64,000 nt of DNA from Nitrospirales bacterium (GTDB taxonomy: Bacteria; Nitrospirota; Nitrospiria; Nitrospirales; UBA8639), in contig OZ244988.1 of assembly GCA_965223185.1 (NCBI GenBank), forward strand, positions 2,500,613 to 2,564,612. Direction: 5' to 3'. Below, piece after piece: positions 28,007-36,700 of this stretch. Every line of letters starts with the position of its first letter. Positions within the stretch are counted from its first letter, which is position 1. Below the pieces are notes generated by a model, which saw only the letters and a list, made by a program, of their open reading frames with translations, searched no databases and had not been told where the DNA came from. The position numbers were made by a program, and so were the translations under genes.

Positions 28007-30138
28007 TGGCACTCAGTCCTCCTCAAGAAGATTTGCCGCTGCCCCCCCTTCGAGATGACTTGCAAATCCTGGCAGGCACACCCACGGCGGAAGGCGTTCC
28101 CACCTGGAATATCTTAGACCCGGTTCGGCATCAATATTTTCAAATAGGCTGGGCCGCGTTTCAATTACTGTCTCAATGGCATCTGGGGTCGGCTGCTCGC
28201 TTGATTGAAGTGGTCTCGAGTTCGACGACCGCCAAGGTCACGCAACGAGATGTCATGGAACTCGTGCAGTTTCTCTACCGTCATAATTTGACTCGCGATG
28301 CGCAAATGGGAGGAAGCAAAGGGCTCTTTGCGCAAGCCGAACAGACCAAACAACATTGGTTGCTGAAACTGCTCCATACCTATCTCTTTTTTAAAATTCC
28401 ATTGTTCAATCCCGATCGTTTTCTGCAACGAACTCTGCCGGTTGTGACTCCATTGTTTACGAAGACGGCCTTGATAGGGGTGGTGACGTTGGGGATCATC
28501 GGATGTATCGGGGTGTTGCGGCAATGGGAATCCTTCGCCAATACATTTTTATATTTTTTCTCCCCACAAGGGCTGATGGCGTATATGGTGGGATTGGCTG
28601 GGATCAAGATATTGCATGAGTTAGGACATGCCTATACGGCGGCGCGATATGGATGTCGGGTCCAAACCATGGGAATCGGGTTCCTCATTATGGTGCCCGT
28701 TTTGTATACGGATACCACGGATTCCTGGAAACTCACATCGCGGAAACAGCGGGCCGCTATCGCGGCGGCAGGAACGGTCGTGGAATTGGGCATGGCCATG
28801 ATCGCCACCTTTTTCTGGCATTTGTCTCCGGATGGCGTCGTCAAGAGTGTGTTGTTTGTCCTGGCCTCTACAAGCTGGATCATGGGCTTGTTGATCAATT
28901 TAAATCCTCTTCTGCGTTTTGATGGGTATTATGTGTTGTCCGATTGGTTGGGGGTTCCCAACCTGCAATCCCGCGCCTTTGCCTTTGGACAATGGAAGAT
29001 GCGTGAATGGCTGTTCGCCTGGGGTGACGATCCACCGGAAGCCCTCCCTCGAACTCGGCAACGCATCCTCACAGGCTATGCTTGGGCGATCTGGGTATAC
29101 CGGGCGTTCATGTTTTTAGGGATTGCGGTCATGGTCTACTATTTCTTCTTCAAAGTGTTGGGACTTCTCTTGTTTGTCGTTGAAATCGGATGGTTCCTGG
29201 CCTGGCCGGTCTATCAAGAAGTGGAGGTATGGTGGAAACGGCGAGAGGAAATCGTGCAATCCTGGCGAGGGCGGGTTGTCGGAGCCATAGTGGTGGTCCT
29301 GCTCCTTTTGGGCCTGATTCCTTTAGATCGAACGGTGGGCCTTCCGGCTGTGTTAGAGGCCCGCGATCGCGCGACCATATTCTCTCCGGTGCCGGCCAAA
29401 ATTACCGAAGTCCGTGTGCATGAAGGGCAACAGGTGGCACAAGGCGATATTTTGATGCTGTTGGAATCTCCAAGCCTGGAGCAGAATATTCATATGGTGG
29501 AAAAACGGTTGGCGGCGTTGGAAACCCGTATGCAGCGTGAAGCCGTCTATCAAGATGATCGCGACGATCACCAAGTATTATGGGAAAGCATCCGGGGGGA
29601 ACGAAAAGAATTGGAAGGGTTGCAGAGAATTCGTGAACAGTTAACCCTGCGCGCGCCGTTTGCGGGAAGGGTGACGGATACGGCGTCCTCGTTACATGAG
29701 GGGCGATGGATTAATTCCGATCTTCCTCTCGTCCATCTCGTCAATCTGGAGCGCATGGTGGTCCAAGCCTATGCCACGGAGGATCAGCAGAATCGTCTTA
29801 TGTCCGGCAATGAAGGTTGGTTCTATGCCGATGATCCGGTCCTTACGGCTCGGCGCAGTCGCGTGCAAGATCTTCGTCAGGTGGATGAATCGCAGTTTAC
29901 GCTGACGTATTTGGCTTCGCTGTATGCCGGCCCTGTGCCCGTTCGACAAGATGAGCACGGGAAAATAAGGCCTGAATCGTCGATCTATCGTGTGACCCTA
30001 GCTGTCGAGGCTGATGAAGAAGAGACCTGGACGCAAGCGGTCCGAGGCATCGTGCATGTCAGAGGAGAATCCCGAAGTATCGTGAAACAACTCTGGGAGC
30101 ACGTCGCTGCCGTGGTCATCCGGGAAAGCGGGATGTGA
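28006..30138 (+). CDS. Polytopic M50 (site-2-protease-like) metalloprotease domain fused to a C-terminal HlyD-like adaptor domain
   Basis: HELGH at 28615-28629 and NPLLRFDG at 28903-28926, the two S2P active-site motifs, sit within hydrophobic helices. Further TM segments follow, then IFSPVPAKITEVRVHEGQQVAQGDILMLLESP, a coiled coil and LRAPFAGRVTD (adaptor-like). The ORF-track start at 28000 is a TTG. The ATG at 28006 overlaps the upstream TAA by 1 nt. Confidence 0.8.
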   Translation: MALSPPQEDLPLPPLRDDLQILAGTPTAEGVPTWNILDPVRHQYFQIGWAAFQLLSQWHLGSAARLIEVVSSSTTAKVTQRDVMELVQFLYRHNLTRDAQMGGSKGLFAQAEQTKQHWLLKLLHTYLFFKIPLFNPDRFLQRTLPVVTPLFTKTALIGVVTLGIIGCIGVLRQWESFANTFLYFFSPQGLMAYMVGLAGIKILHELGHAYTAARYGCRVQTMGIGFLIMVPVLYTDTTDSWKLTSRKQRAAIAAAGTVVELGMAMIATFFWHLSPDGVVKSVLFVLASTSWIMGLLINLNPLLRFDGYYVLSDWLGVPNLQSRAFAFGQWKMREWLFAWGDDPPEALPRTRQRILTGYAWAIWVYRAFMFLGIAVMVYYFFFKVLGLLLFVVEIGWFLAWPVYQEVEVWWKRREEIVQSWRGRVVGAIVVVLLLLGLIPLDRTVGLPAVLEARDRATIFSPVPAKITEVRVHEGQQVAQGDILMLLESPSLEQNIHMVEKRLAALETRMQREAVYQDDRDDHQVLWESIRGERKELEGLQRIREQLTLRAPFAGRVTDTASSLHEGRWINSDLPLVHLVNLERMVVQAYATEDQQNRLMSGNEGWFYADDPVLTARRSRVQDLRQVDESQFTLTYLASLYAGPVPVRQDEHGKIRPESSIYRVTLAVEADEEETWTQAVRGIVHVRGESRSIVKQLWEHVAAVVIRESGM

Positions 30139-30324
30139 TCAAGTTGAAAGGAAGAAGGAAAAAGTGAGAAGTGATGTCATACAGGTTCCAGTGACTTCTC
30201 ATTCTGGTCGACTATCACGTGGAGACCAAGCGATGAATCCGCTCCTTTTGCAGGCCTTTTTGTTGACCTGTTGCGACTTTCCTCCTCTCAGCGGTATGCT
30301 CCTGAATAAGAAAAGGAGAACGCA

Positions 30325-30513
30325 ATGACTACCACAAAACATGACATTCAGTCGCTGTTGGCGAAGCTCCCTGATGATTGTACTCTTGAGGATATTCAGT
30401 ATCATCTCTATGTTGTAGGAAAGATCCAACGAGGGATTGAGCGAGCTCAAACTGAAGGGGGGGTGCCACAGGGGGAGGTCGAACAACGGCTGAGTCAATG
30501 GACCACCGAATAA
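30325..30513 (+). CDS. Small putative antitoxin (62 aa) paired with a ParE/RelE-like gene
   Basis: 62-aa acidic ORF preceded by AAAGGAGAA. It overlaps by 16 nt the start of a ParE/RelE-like reading frame. No family motif recognised. Confidence 0.6.
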   Translation: MTTTKHDIQSLLAKLPDDCTLEDIQYHLYVVGKIQRGIERAQTEGGVPQGEVEQRLSQWTTE

Positions 30514-30806
30514 CGTGGTCGCCTGAAGCGGTTGAAGATCTCGAATCAATCGCAACGTACATCGCGCGCGATTCTACCTATTATGCGAGATCTGTTGTTT
30601 CTAAAATCTTGGAAGTCTAGCGAGAAATTCCCAAATTTCCCTTCATAGGTAGAGTTGTGCCGGAAGTTGGGAATGAGAATATTCGTGAACGGTTCATTTA
30701 TAGCTACAGACTTGTTTATCAGTTAACCCCGCACAACATTATGATTGTAGCCATTATTCACGGTAAGCGTCTTCTTGAACAAGTTGAAGAGCGATTTGAT
30801 CCGTAA
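30498..30806 (+). pseudogene. parE: ParE/RelE-family toxin gene interrupted by an in-frame TAG at codon 41 (30618-30620)
   Basis: Manual translation gives MDHRITWSPEAVEDLESIATYIARDSTYYARSVVSKILEV*REIPKFPFIGRVVPEVGNENIRERFIYSYRLVYQLTPHNIMIVAIIHGKRLLEQVEERFDP. The ParE/RelE signature (fP..GR.vPE...iRE...YRlvY...i.Iv.i.HG.R) continues in the same frame on both sides of the stop. Both halves are under 60 aa, so neither appears in the ORF track. Confidence 0.75.
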
Positions 30807-30858
30807 GTAACCTTTACAAACAGCCCCCTGATCAGTGAGAAGCAAGCTTATTCATTTC

Positions 30859-31149
30859 TCATAAAGGGATGGCTTCTTCAAGCACGCGATTCCGGAGGCG
30901 CGCTTTGAGGCCTCGCTCAGTCACAATATCAACGGAACATCCTAATAATTCCTGTAGGTCCATCAAGAGCCCTCCAAGGTCAAGTAAGCTTTTCCCTGGC
31001 GCCATATCAACGATAAAATCCACATCACTCGCACTGTCTTCCTCTCCTCGTGCAACAGAACCAAATCCCCGAAGGTTTCTGGCACCATGTAATGCGGCAA
31101 GGCGAAGAATGTCTTCGCGTTGGGCCTTAAGACGATCTAATGTAGGCAT
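30859..31149 (-). CDS. Minimal nucleotidyltransferase (MNT/MntA-like antitoxin-type)
   Basis: GSVARGEEDSASDVDFIVD is the GS...DxD nucleotidyltransferase signature. The 96-aa size is typical of MntA. Confidence 0.8.
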   Translation of the reverse strand: MPTLDRLKAQREDILRLAALHGARNLRGFGSVARGEEDSASDVDFIVDMAPGKSLLDLGGLLMDLQELLGCSVDIVTERGLKARLRNRVLEEAIPL

Positions 31150-31314
31150 CAGAAACCATATCCTGTAGATTTGGATTACACATATGCGCTCCTAAAGGGA
31201 ACAACAATTTAGTAGAGGCCGTTTCAAATTGCCAGGCTTGGAAGAAGTAAGGAAGGAAGAGGGAAGTGTGAGGAAAAGATGAGAGACGTAGGAATATTTT
31301 TTCAGTCCCCAGGC

Positions 31315-31716
31315 CTATGACTTCAATAGGGTGAATTCTGAAGATTTGCTGGCTTGACGATCAAAGGTCATGGTGGTGGTGCAATCCCGGCTGCTATTGA
31401 TCCTGCTCAAGAGATGATCGGCAAAATCGGCCTGGTGGTTCCGAAAATCCTCTAGCGCCTGCCAAACCAACTGTGGTTCGTCGACGCGCAGTTGAGCCAC
31501 GCGTAAAATCTGTTCCATGGTGGCTATCAATATTTTCTTTGGCTGGTGGTAGCACCCTTCCAAAACCCACAGGGTCTCGCATAGTACCAGATGGTTGAGA
31601 AATCCTGGGTTCTCCTTCGTGCAGGTACCTTCAATAAATTGGGTAGCTAACTTTGCTTGAGGAGGGTCGTCTTGGACCAAATATCGAACCAGAACATTGG
31701 TGTCGATTCCAATCAC
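31315..31716 (-). CDS. vapC: PIN-domain toxin VapC
   Basis: VIGIDTNVLVRYLVQDD... N-terminus with conserved acidic residues. A GTG start at 31716 overlaps the antitoxin TGA (GTGA). The ORF-track start at 31827 would overlap the antitoxin by more than 100 nt and is rejected. Confidence 0.8.
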   Translation of the reverse strand: MIGIDTNVLVRYLVQDDPPQAKLATQFIEGTCTKENPGFLNHLVLCETLWVLEGCYHQPKKILIATMEQILRVAQLRVDEPQLVWQALEDFRNHQADFADHLLSRINSSRDCTTTMTFDRQASKSSEFTLLKS

Positions 31717-31952
31717 CGGCGCGCACCTCGTTGACGAATAGTAGCTTTCATGGCAGCTAATGTGACCGACCGTCGAGGTTTGGAAATGAGGCCTTTGAGG
31801 GTTGTGACATCTGAGGTCGCCGGGCAAATGGTTATTTGTCCATTCGCTCCCACAAGAAATTCAATGCGATCCCCCGTTTGAACCTGTAATTGGTCTCGTA
31901 TTTCTTTGGGGATAGTAATTTGTCCCTTGCTGGTCAGGGTGGCAACAGGCAT
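31713..31952 (-). CDS. AbrB/MazE/SpoVT-family antitoxin (VapB-like)
   Basis: The internal ATG at 31952 gives MPVATLTSKGQITIPKEIRDQLQVQTGDRIEF, the classic SpoVT-AbrB swapped-hairpin motif. It sits directly upstream of and overlaps vapC. Confidence 0.8.
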   Translation of the reverse strand: MPVATLTSKGQITIPKEIRDQLQVQTGDRIEFLVGANGQITICPATSDVTTLKGLISKPRRSVTLAAMKATIRQRGARR

Positions 31953-32128
31953 AAAAAATTCCTTTCTTTTAAACAGTATCCTTACTATAAAGTAAGGATT
32001 TTTGTCAATGTTTTCCGAGCTCGCATGTGATTTGGTCAATGGGAAATCTCTCCCATCATGGTGGACAACTGTTATTGAGAATCGCATCACGCTGGTCATT
32101 ACCGACATGGGTTATCGTGAAACCATCC

Positions 32129-32290
32129 GGTTATTCCCACAGGCTTCTGGTGGGAATCCTCCCCACGCTGGTCATTCCCGAAGTTGGTTGTCGGGAATCT
32201 CTCCACGCGGGTCATTCCCGAGGTTGGTTGTCGAGAATCTCTCTTGGTTGCCTTGCGAAGAGATCCCTGCCACAAACTTGCAGGGATGAC
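32129..32290 (+). repeat. REP-like palindromic array B (four units), the left copy of a direct repeat
   Basis: ggttattcccacaggcttctggtgggaatc; ggtcattcccgaagttggttgtcgggaatc; ggtcattcccgaggttggttgtcgagaatc; tccctgccacaaacttgcagggatgac. It is repeated in the same order and orientation at 33314-33475. Confidence 0.75.
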
Positions 32291-32390
32291 GGGTAGGGTG
32301 AGACAGATATTGAGGGTAGGGCAACCGGGAAGAAGGTTTGTATCCCTTTTTATCAAAAACAAAAAGTGGGATAAATGGGGAAACGTTCAG

Positions 32391-32810
32391 TTAGGAAGGA
32401 AAGACTGAGGTAACGCCGGCGCGATGTGCCATACTCGCCAAGTGTTGATCAAGTGTAGCAAGACTAGCACCTTTTCGTAAGGCTAACTCCAGATAAACCG
32501 CATCGTAACTAGAAAGGGTAAATTGAGAGGCCACCCGACAAATAGATTCCACGAAATCGAATCCAGAATGAGAGTCGGTGTGAATGGGAAGAGAATCGTA
32601 GGCTCGGAGTAGACGGACATATTGCTCCTCGGTAATTCGTTTTCTCTTCTTTCCCATCGTTAATCCATTGGCAAATTCAATCCACCACAAAGCGGGAACC
32701 CACACTTCTTGCTGAAAGAAACTTCCGGTAAAAAACTTATCGGCGGTGGGGGACTGCTCATCAGGTAATCCCCAAGCCAGGGCCAGACTGCAATCGATGA
32801 CCCATGACAT
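32391..32810 (-). CDS. vapC: PIN-domain toxin VapC (second copy, unrelated in sequence to the first)
   Basis: MSWVIDCSLALAWGLPDE... has PIN-like N-terminal Asp context. 139 aa. It overlaps the upstream antitoxin stop by 1 nt. Confidence 0.75.
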   Translation of the reverse strand: MSWVIDCSLALAWGLPDEQSPTADKFFTGSFFQQEVWVPALWWIEFANGLTMGKKRKRITEEQYVRLLRAYDSLPIHTDSHSGFDFVESICRVASQFTLSSYDAVYLELALRKGASLATLDQHLASMAHRAGVTSVFPS

Positions 32811-33067
32811 TATTTTCGACGACCTTCTTCAATGAGTTTCCGGACATTGACTGAGCCAGGTATCTCTTTCCGAATGGATTGCAGAGTTTGGTGAATCTCC
32901 CCCAGATTCAGATCTTTATTGGCCCCGGGAGGGGGGCCCAGCCAGGCCACGGGTTTTCCCCGTCGATGTATTACGAATGACTGTCCCTTTTCAGTCTTAC
33001 GCAATAAAGCGGACAAATGGGTTTTGGCATTAAAGGCACTCACTTCTTTAGCTGCTGTTGGTTTCAT
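32810..33067 (-). CDS. Phd/YefM-like antitoxin
   Basis: VSAFNAKTHLSALLRKTEKGQSFVIHRRGKPVAWLGP resembles prevent-host-death antitoxins. 85 aa, upstream of a PIN toxin gene. Confidence 0.75.
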   Translation of the reverse strand: MKPTAAKEVSAFNAKTHLSALLRKTEKGQSFVIHRRGKPVAWLGPPPGANKDLNLGEIHQTLQSIRKEIPGSVNVRKLIEEGRRK

Positions 33068-33131
33068 CGGGCCCCTCTCGGGTGTTGTGTTCTGCCTAAC
33101 GAATTGTTAGGAACGAGAACTCTCGATTTAT

Positions 33132-33156
33132 TAAACTAGTTTAACAGACTAGTTTA
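33132..33156. promoter_or_regulatory. Candidate operator: two direct copies of ACTAGTTTAA spaced 13 bp apart, upstream of the phd-vapC operon
   Basis: The sequence reads aaACTAGTTTAAcagACTAGTTTAAttaa and lies 65-90 bp upstream of the antitoxin ATG at 33067 (minus strand). Type II TA operons are commonly autoregulated at such repeats. Confidence 0.35.
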
Positions 33157-33313
33157 ATTAATCCAATCTTGTTTAACGGCCTAGGGGAATCTTTTTGGGG
33201 GTGGGAGGAAAAACTGAGTTCTTGATCCTCGCGAGCATTAAATCGAAAGCAAAAGAATAAGAAGTTCCTTCTTCTGCTGATTTTCCCCTGCGGTTTCCGG
33301 GGAAATTGTATCC

Positions 33314-33475
33314 CGTCATTCTCACAGGATACTGGTGGGTCGTTTTCCCACTCTGGTCATTCCCGAGGTTGGTTGTCCGGACTCTCACCACTCAGGTCAT
33401 TCCCGAAGTTTGTTGTCGGGAATCTCTCTTGGTTTCCTTGCGGAGAGCTCCCTGCCACCAACCTGCAGGGATGAC
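33314..33475 (+). repeat. REP-like palindromic array B', the right copy of the direct repeat
   Basis: cgtcattctcacaggatactggtgggtcg; ggtcattcccgaggttggttgtccggactc; ggtcattcccgaagtttgttgtcgggaatc; tccctgccaccaacctgcagggatgac. It is colinear with 32129-32290. Confidence 0.75.
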
Positions 33476-33766
33476 TGAAGGGGGGATGCCTGCTACCGGC
33501 ACGCGGGGATAATGGAGGGGGGAGGGGGCTTTGCGCTATTTTTATCCTCACCAACATCAAAACAGCAATCACAAGACGACAAAACCTTTATCAACTGTCA
33601 CCATTCACAAAATAACGCGGAAGAAGCTTCCATATTTAGCGTCAAGAGATTGGTGAATTGGACGACAAAAGAATAGGGGATTTTCCCCCATAGAGGGAGT
33701 GGTGTTTGCCGTGATATTCGCATCGACCCCTATCGGACTAGAGAAGATGCATCAAGGAATCGTGTG

Positions 33767-36700
33767 ATGAATAAGATGATGTGCAAGCCTGCCACGCTGG
33801 ATGCCGTGAAAGAGAAGAAAGCCGATACGGCGAAGACTAAATCCGGCACCCCAAAAAAGAATAAAGCCAAAGCCCAACAAGAAGAAGCCGAACCCGTGAG
33901 CGGCATCGGGCTTCTGGTCGCACTCGAGCCGCGCATCATGTTCGATGGCGCGGCGTTGGCCACCGGAGCCGAAGTCATCCAAGACACCACGACCCAAGAC
34001 CAAACGGAAATCCCCGGCATCGACGGGGAGACCGCCACCGATACCACTTCGACTGACTCCTCTGACAGCGAGGCCCTCTGGTCATCTGGCCTCTCGCTGT
34101 CTGCCCCATCCGATCGCAAAGAAATTGTGTTCATTGACACTGCAGTTGATGATTATCAGACACTCATGGAAGGCATCGACCCCAATGCCGAAGTCATCCT
34201 TTTAGATCCTACTCGGGACGGCATCGAACAAATTGCAGAGATTCTTGGAGACCGCTCGGATATTGATGCCGTCCATATTATTTCACATGGAGATCCCGGG
34301 GAACTGCAACTTGGAACGGGCACGCTTAGCTTCGCGTCGATGCAAGAGGAGTATGCCGACGAACTGGCCACTATCAGCCAAGCCCTTTCCCAAGAGGCTG
34401 ACCTGCTGGTCTATGGCTGTAATTTCGGAGAAGGCGGCTCTGGTACGGAAGCGGCTAATTTATTGGCGGCACTCACAGGGGCAGATGTTGCGGCGAGTAG
34501 TGATCTGACCGGAGCAGAGGCGCTGGGCGGCGACTGGGACCTCGAAATGCAAACCGGCACGATTGAGACAGACGTGATCGTGGATGAGCAAGCCCAAGAA
34601 GTTTTTACCGGCGTGTTAGATATCACGACGGGCTTAGTAGCGGACTGGACATTTGATGCGGATGCTACTGACTCAAGCGGCAATAGTTATGACGGGACCT
34701 TAACGGGTGATGCGTCAATTGATACCGCAGATGCCACAGACATCGTCGGGGAGGGAAAACTTTCATTGGATGGCACTGGAGATTATGTCGATCTGGATGC
34801 GCATATCTCTGCGTTTAGTGGACTAACCGAAGGCACCATTGCAGGATGGGTCAAAGTCACCGATTCGGGAGAAAATATTCTCTTCGGCATTTCAGATTCC
34901 GGCGACTCCCTTAGTCTTGCAAAGTTTGGCATTGAGGCCGGGGGACAAGTGAAATGGCTGATTGGTGAAGGTGGAGGAATTGATGTCCTGGCGTATAGTA
35001 ACCAAACGGTCAATGATGGGGCCTGGCATCATATCGCCATTACCGTCAATTCCAGTGGTACGACCATGTATATTGATGGACAAGTGGCCAGCGTGACGTA
35101 CTCGGGTGGAAGTGCGTCTTCGACGAATTTCTTTTCCACAATTAATGACATTGATGCTGCGGACATTGGACGCTCTTTGCGTGGAGGGGTGTCTGAGGCT
35201 GAATTCAATGGCTTGGCTGATAACGTGAAGATCTATGATCGTGCTCTGAGTTTAGGAGATATTCAAGAACTCGTGGCTCAGGCCCCAACATCATACGGTG
35301 AAATTGGGCATTGGACCTTTGATGCAGATGCCACGGATTCGAGCGGGAACAACTACGATGGCACACTCACCAACGGAGCTATTATTGATACGACCGATAC
35401 GACGGATCAAGTTGGTGGCGCCAAACTGTCGTTGGATGGGACGAATGATTACGTGGATCTCTCGAGCCACGTGTCCAATTTTAGCAGTCTCAATGAAGGG
35501 ACGATTTCGGGATGGATCAACACCACCGGGACCTATGAAACAATCTTTTCAATCTCAAGTACGGCTGATGCGAATAGCTATGCCACCTTATTCGTAGGGG
35601 CTTCGGGATACCTCACGTTTGAAGTGTATGAAAATGGCTCTCCAATTTTGGCCGTCTACAATGGCAATGGGGACACGATTAATGATGGTACGTGGCACCA
35701 CGTGTCGATCTCAATGAGTGCGACAGGAAATAGTCTCTACATAGATGGACAACTGATTGCACCAGGCGATCTCATCTACGATACAGGGTCAGCATCCACC
35801 AGTGCGTTCTTTAATGATGTCTCTGGATTGGACGCTATGGCGGTCGGTCGCAATGAAAACTCGAGTGGAGGACGCTGGTATACCAGCGGATTGATTGATG
35901 ATGTTCGCGTACATAATCGAGCATTAAGTACGGCAGTTATCGCTCAGTTAGCGCAAGAAGCGCCTGTTGCCAATGACGATACGGCCACCACCACGGCGGG
36001 CACGCCGGTGACGATAGACGTGAAGTCGAATGACACCGACCTGGACAGTGAAACCATCACCGTCCTGGATGTCGGTAATCCTACCAACGGTATCGTGGTC
36101 AACAACGAAGACGGCACGGTCACCTACACTGCGAATGGAAACTACACCGGGTCCGATAGTTTTAGCTACCTCACAGCCGATCTGGACGATACCATCAGCT
36201 ATTGGCGGCTGGATGGGGATGCCACTGATGCGGTGGGCAGTAATGACGGAACCATCACCGGAACGACCACCGTCGAAGGCGCGTATGGAGACGCCTTGAG
36301 CTTCGATGAAGTCGATGATAAGGTGGTCATCTCCGACTTCTCCTACGGGAATGAATTCAGCCTGTCGTTTAAAATCAAGATCGATGACAACAGTGGGTCC
36401 TCATTCCAGTACATCTACAGTCATGGGGATATCAACTCTGCCAATAGTTTGAATGTTTTTCTCGGGGAAACTTCATCGGGTGCATCAAATCTCCTCCGCA
36501 CCGTTATTCGAGACACCAACGATACCCTAGAAAATTCTGCCTTGGACTTCGATGTCAGCAGCATCATCGGGGATGGTCAATGGCATACCTACACGCTAAC
36601 AGTCGCGAATGGGGTAGGATCGAAAGTGTATTTGGATGGGGTCCTGAAGAATACCGATACGCGTGGCGGGGAGGCCTTTGATCCTGGAACGGATCTCTAT

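Noticed and set aside
33500-33766. A c-di-GMP riboswitch (GEMM-type) or other leader RNA upstream of the giant genes, also checked at 23586-23800
   Set aside because: I could not recognise the conserved GEMM-I/II core sequences by eye. Only a short palindrome (ggggattttcccc, near 33680) is present. An Infernal/Rfam scan would be needed to exclude it.
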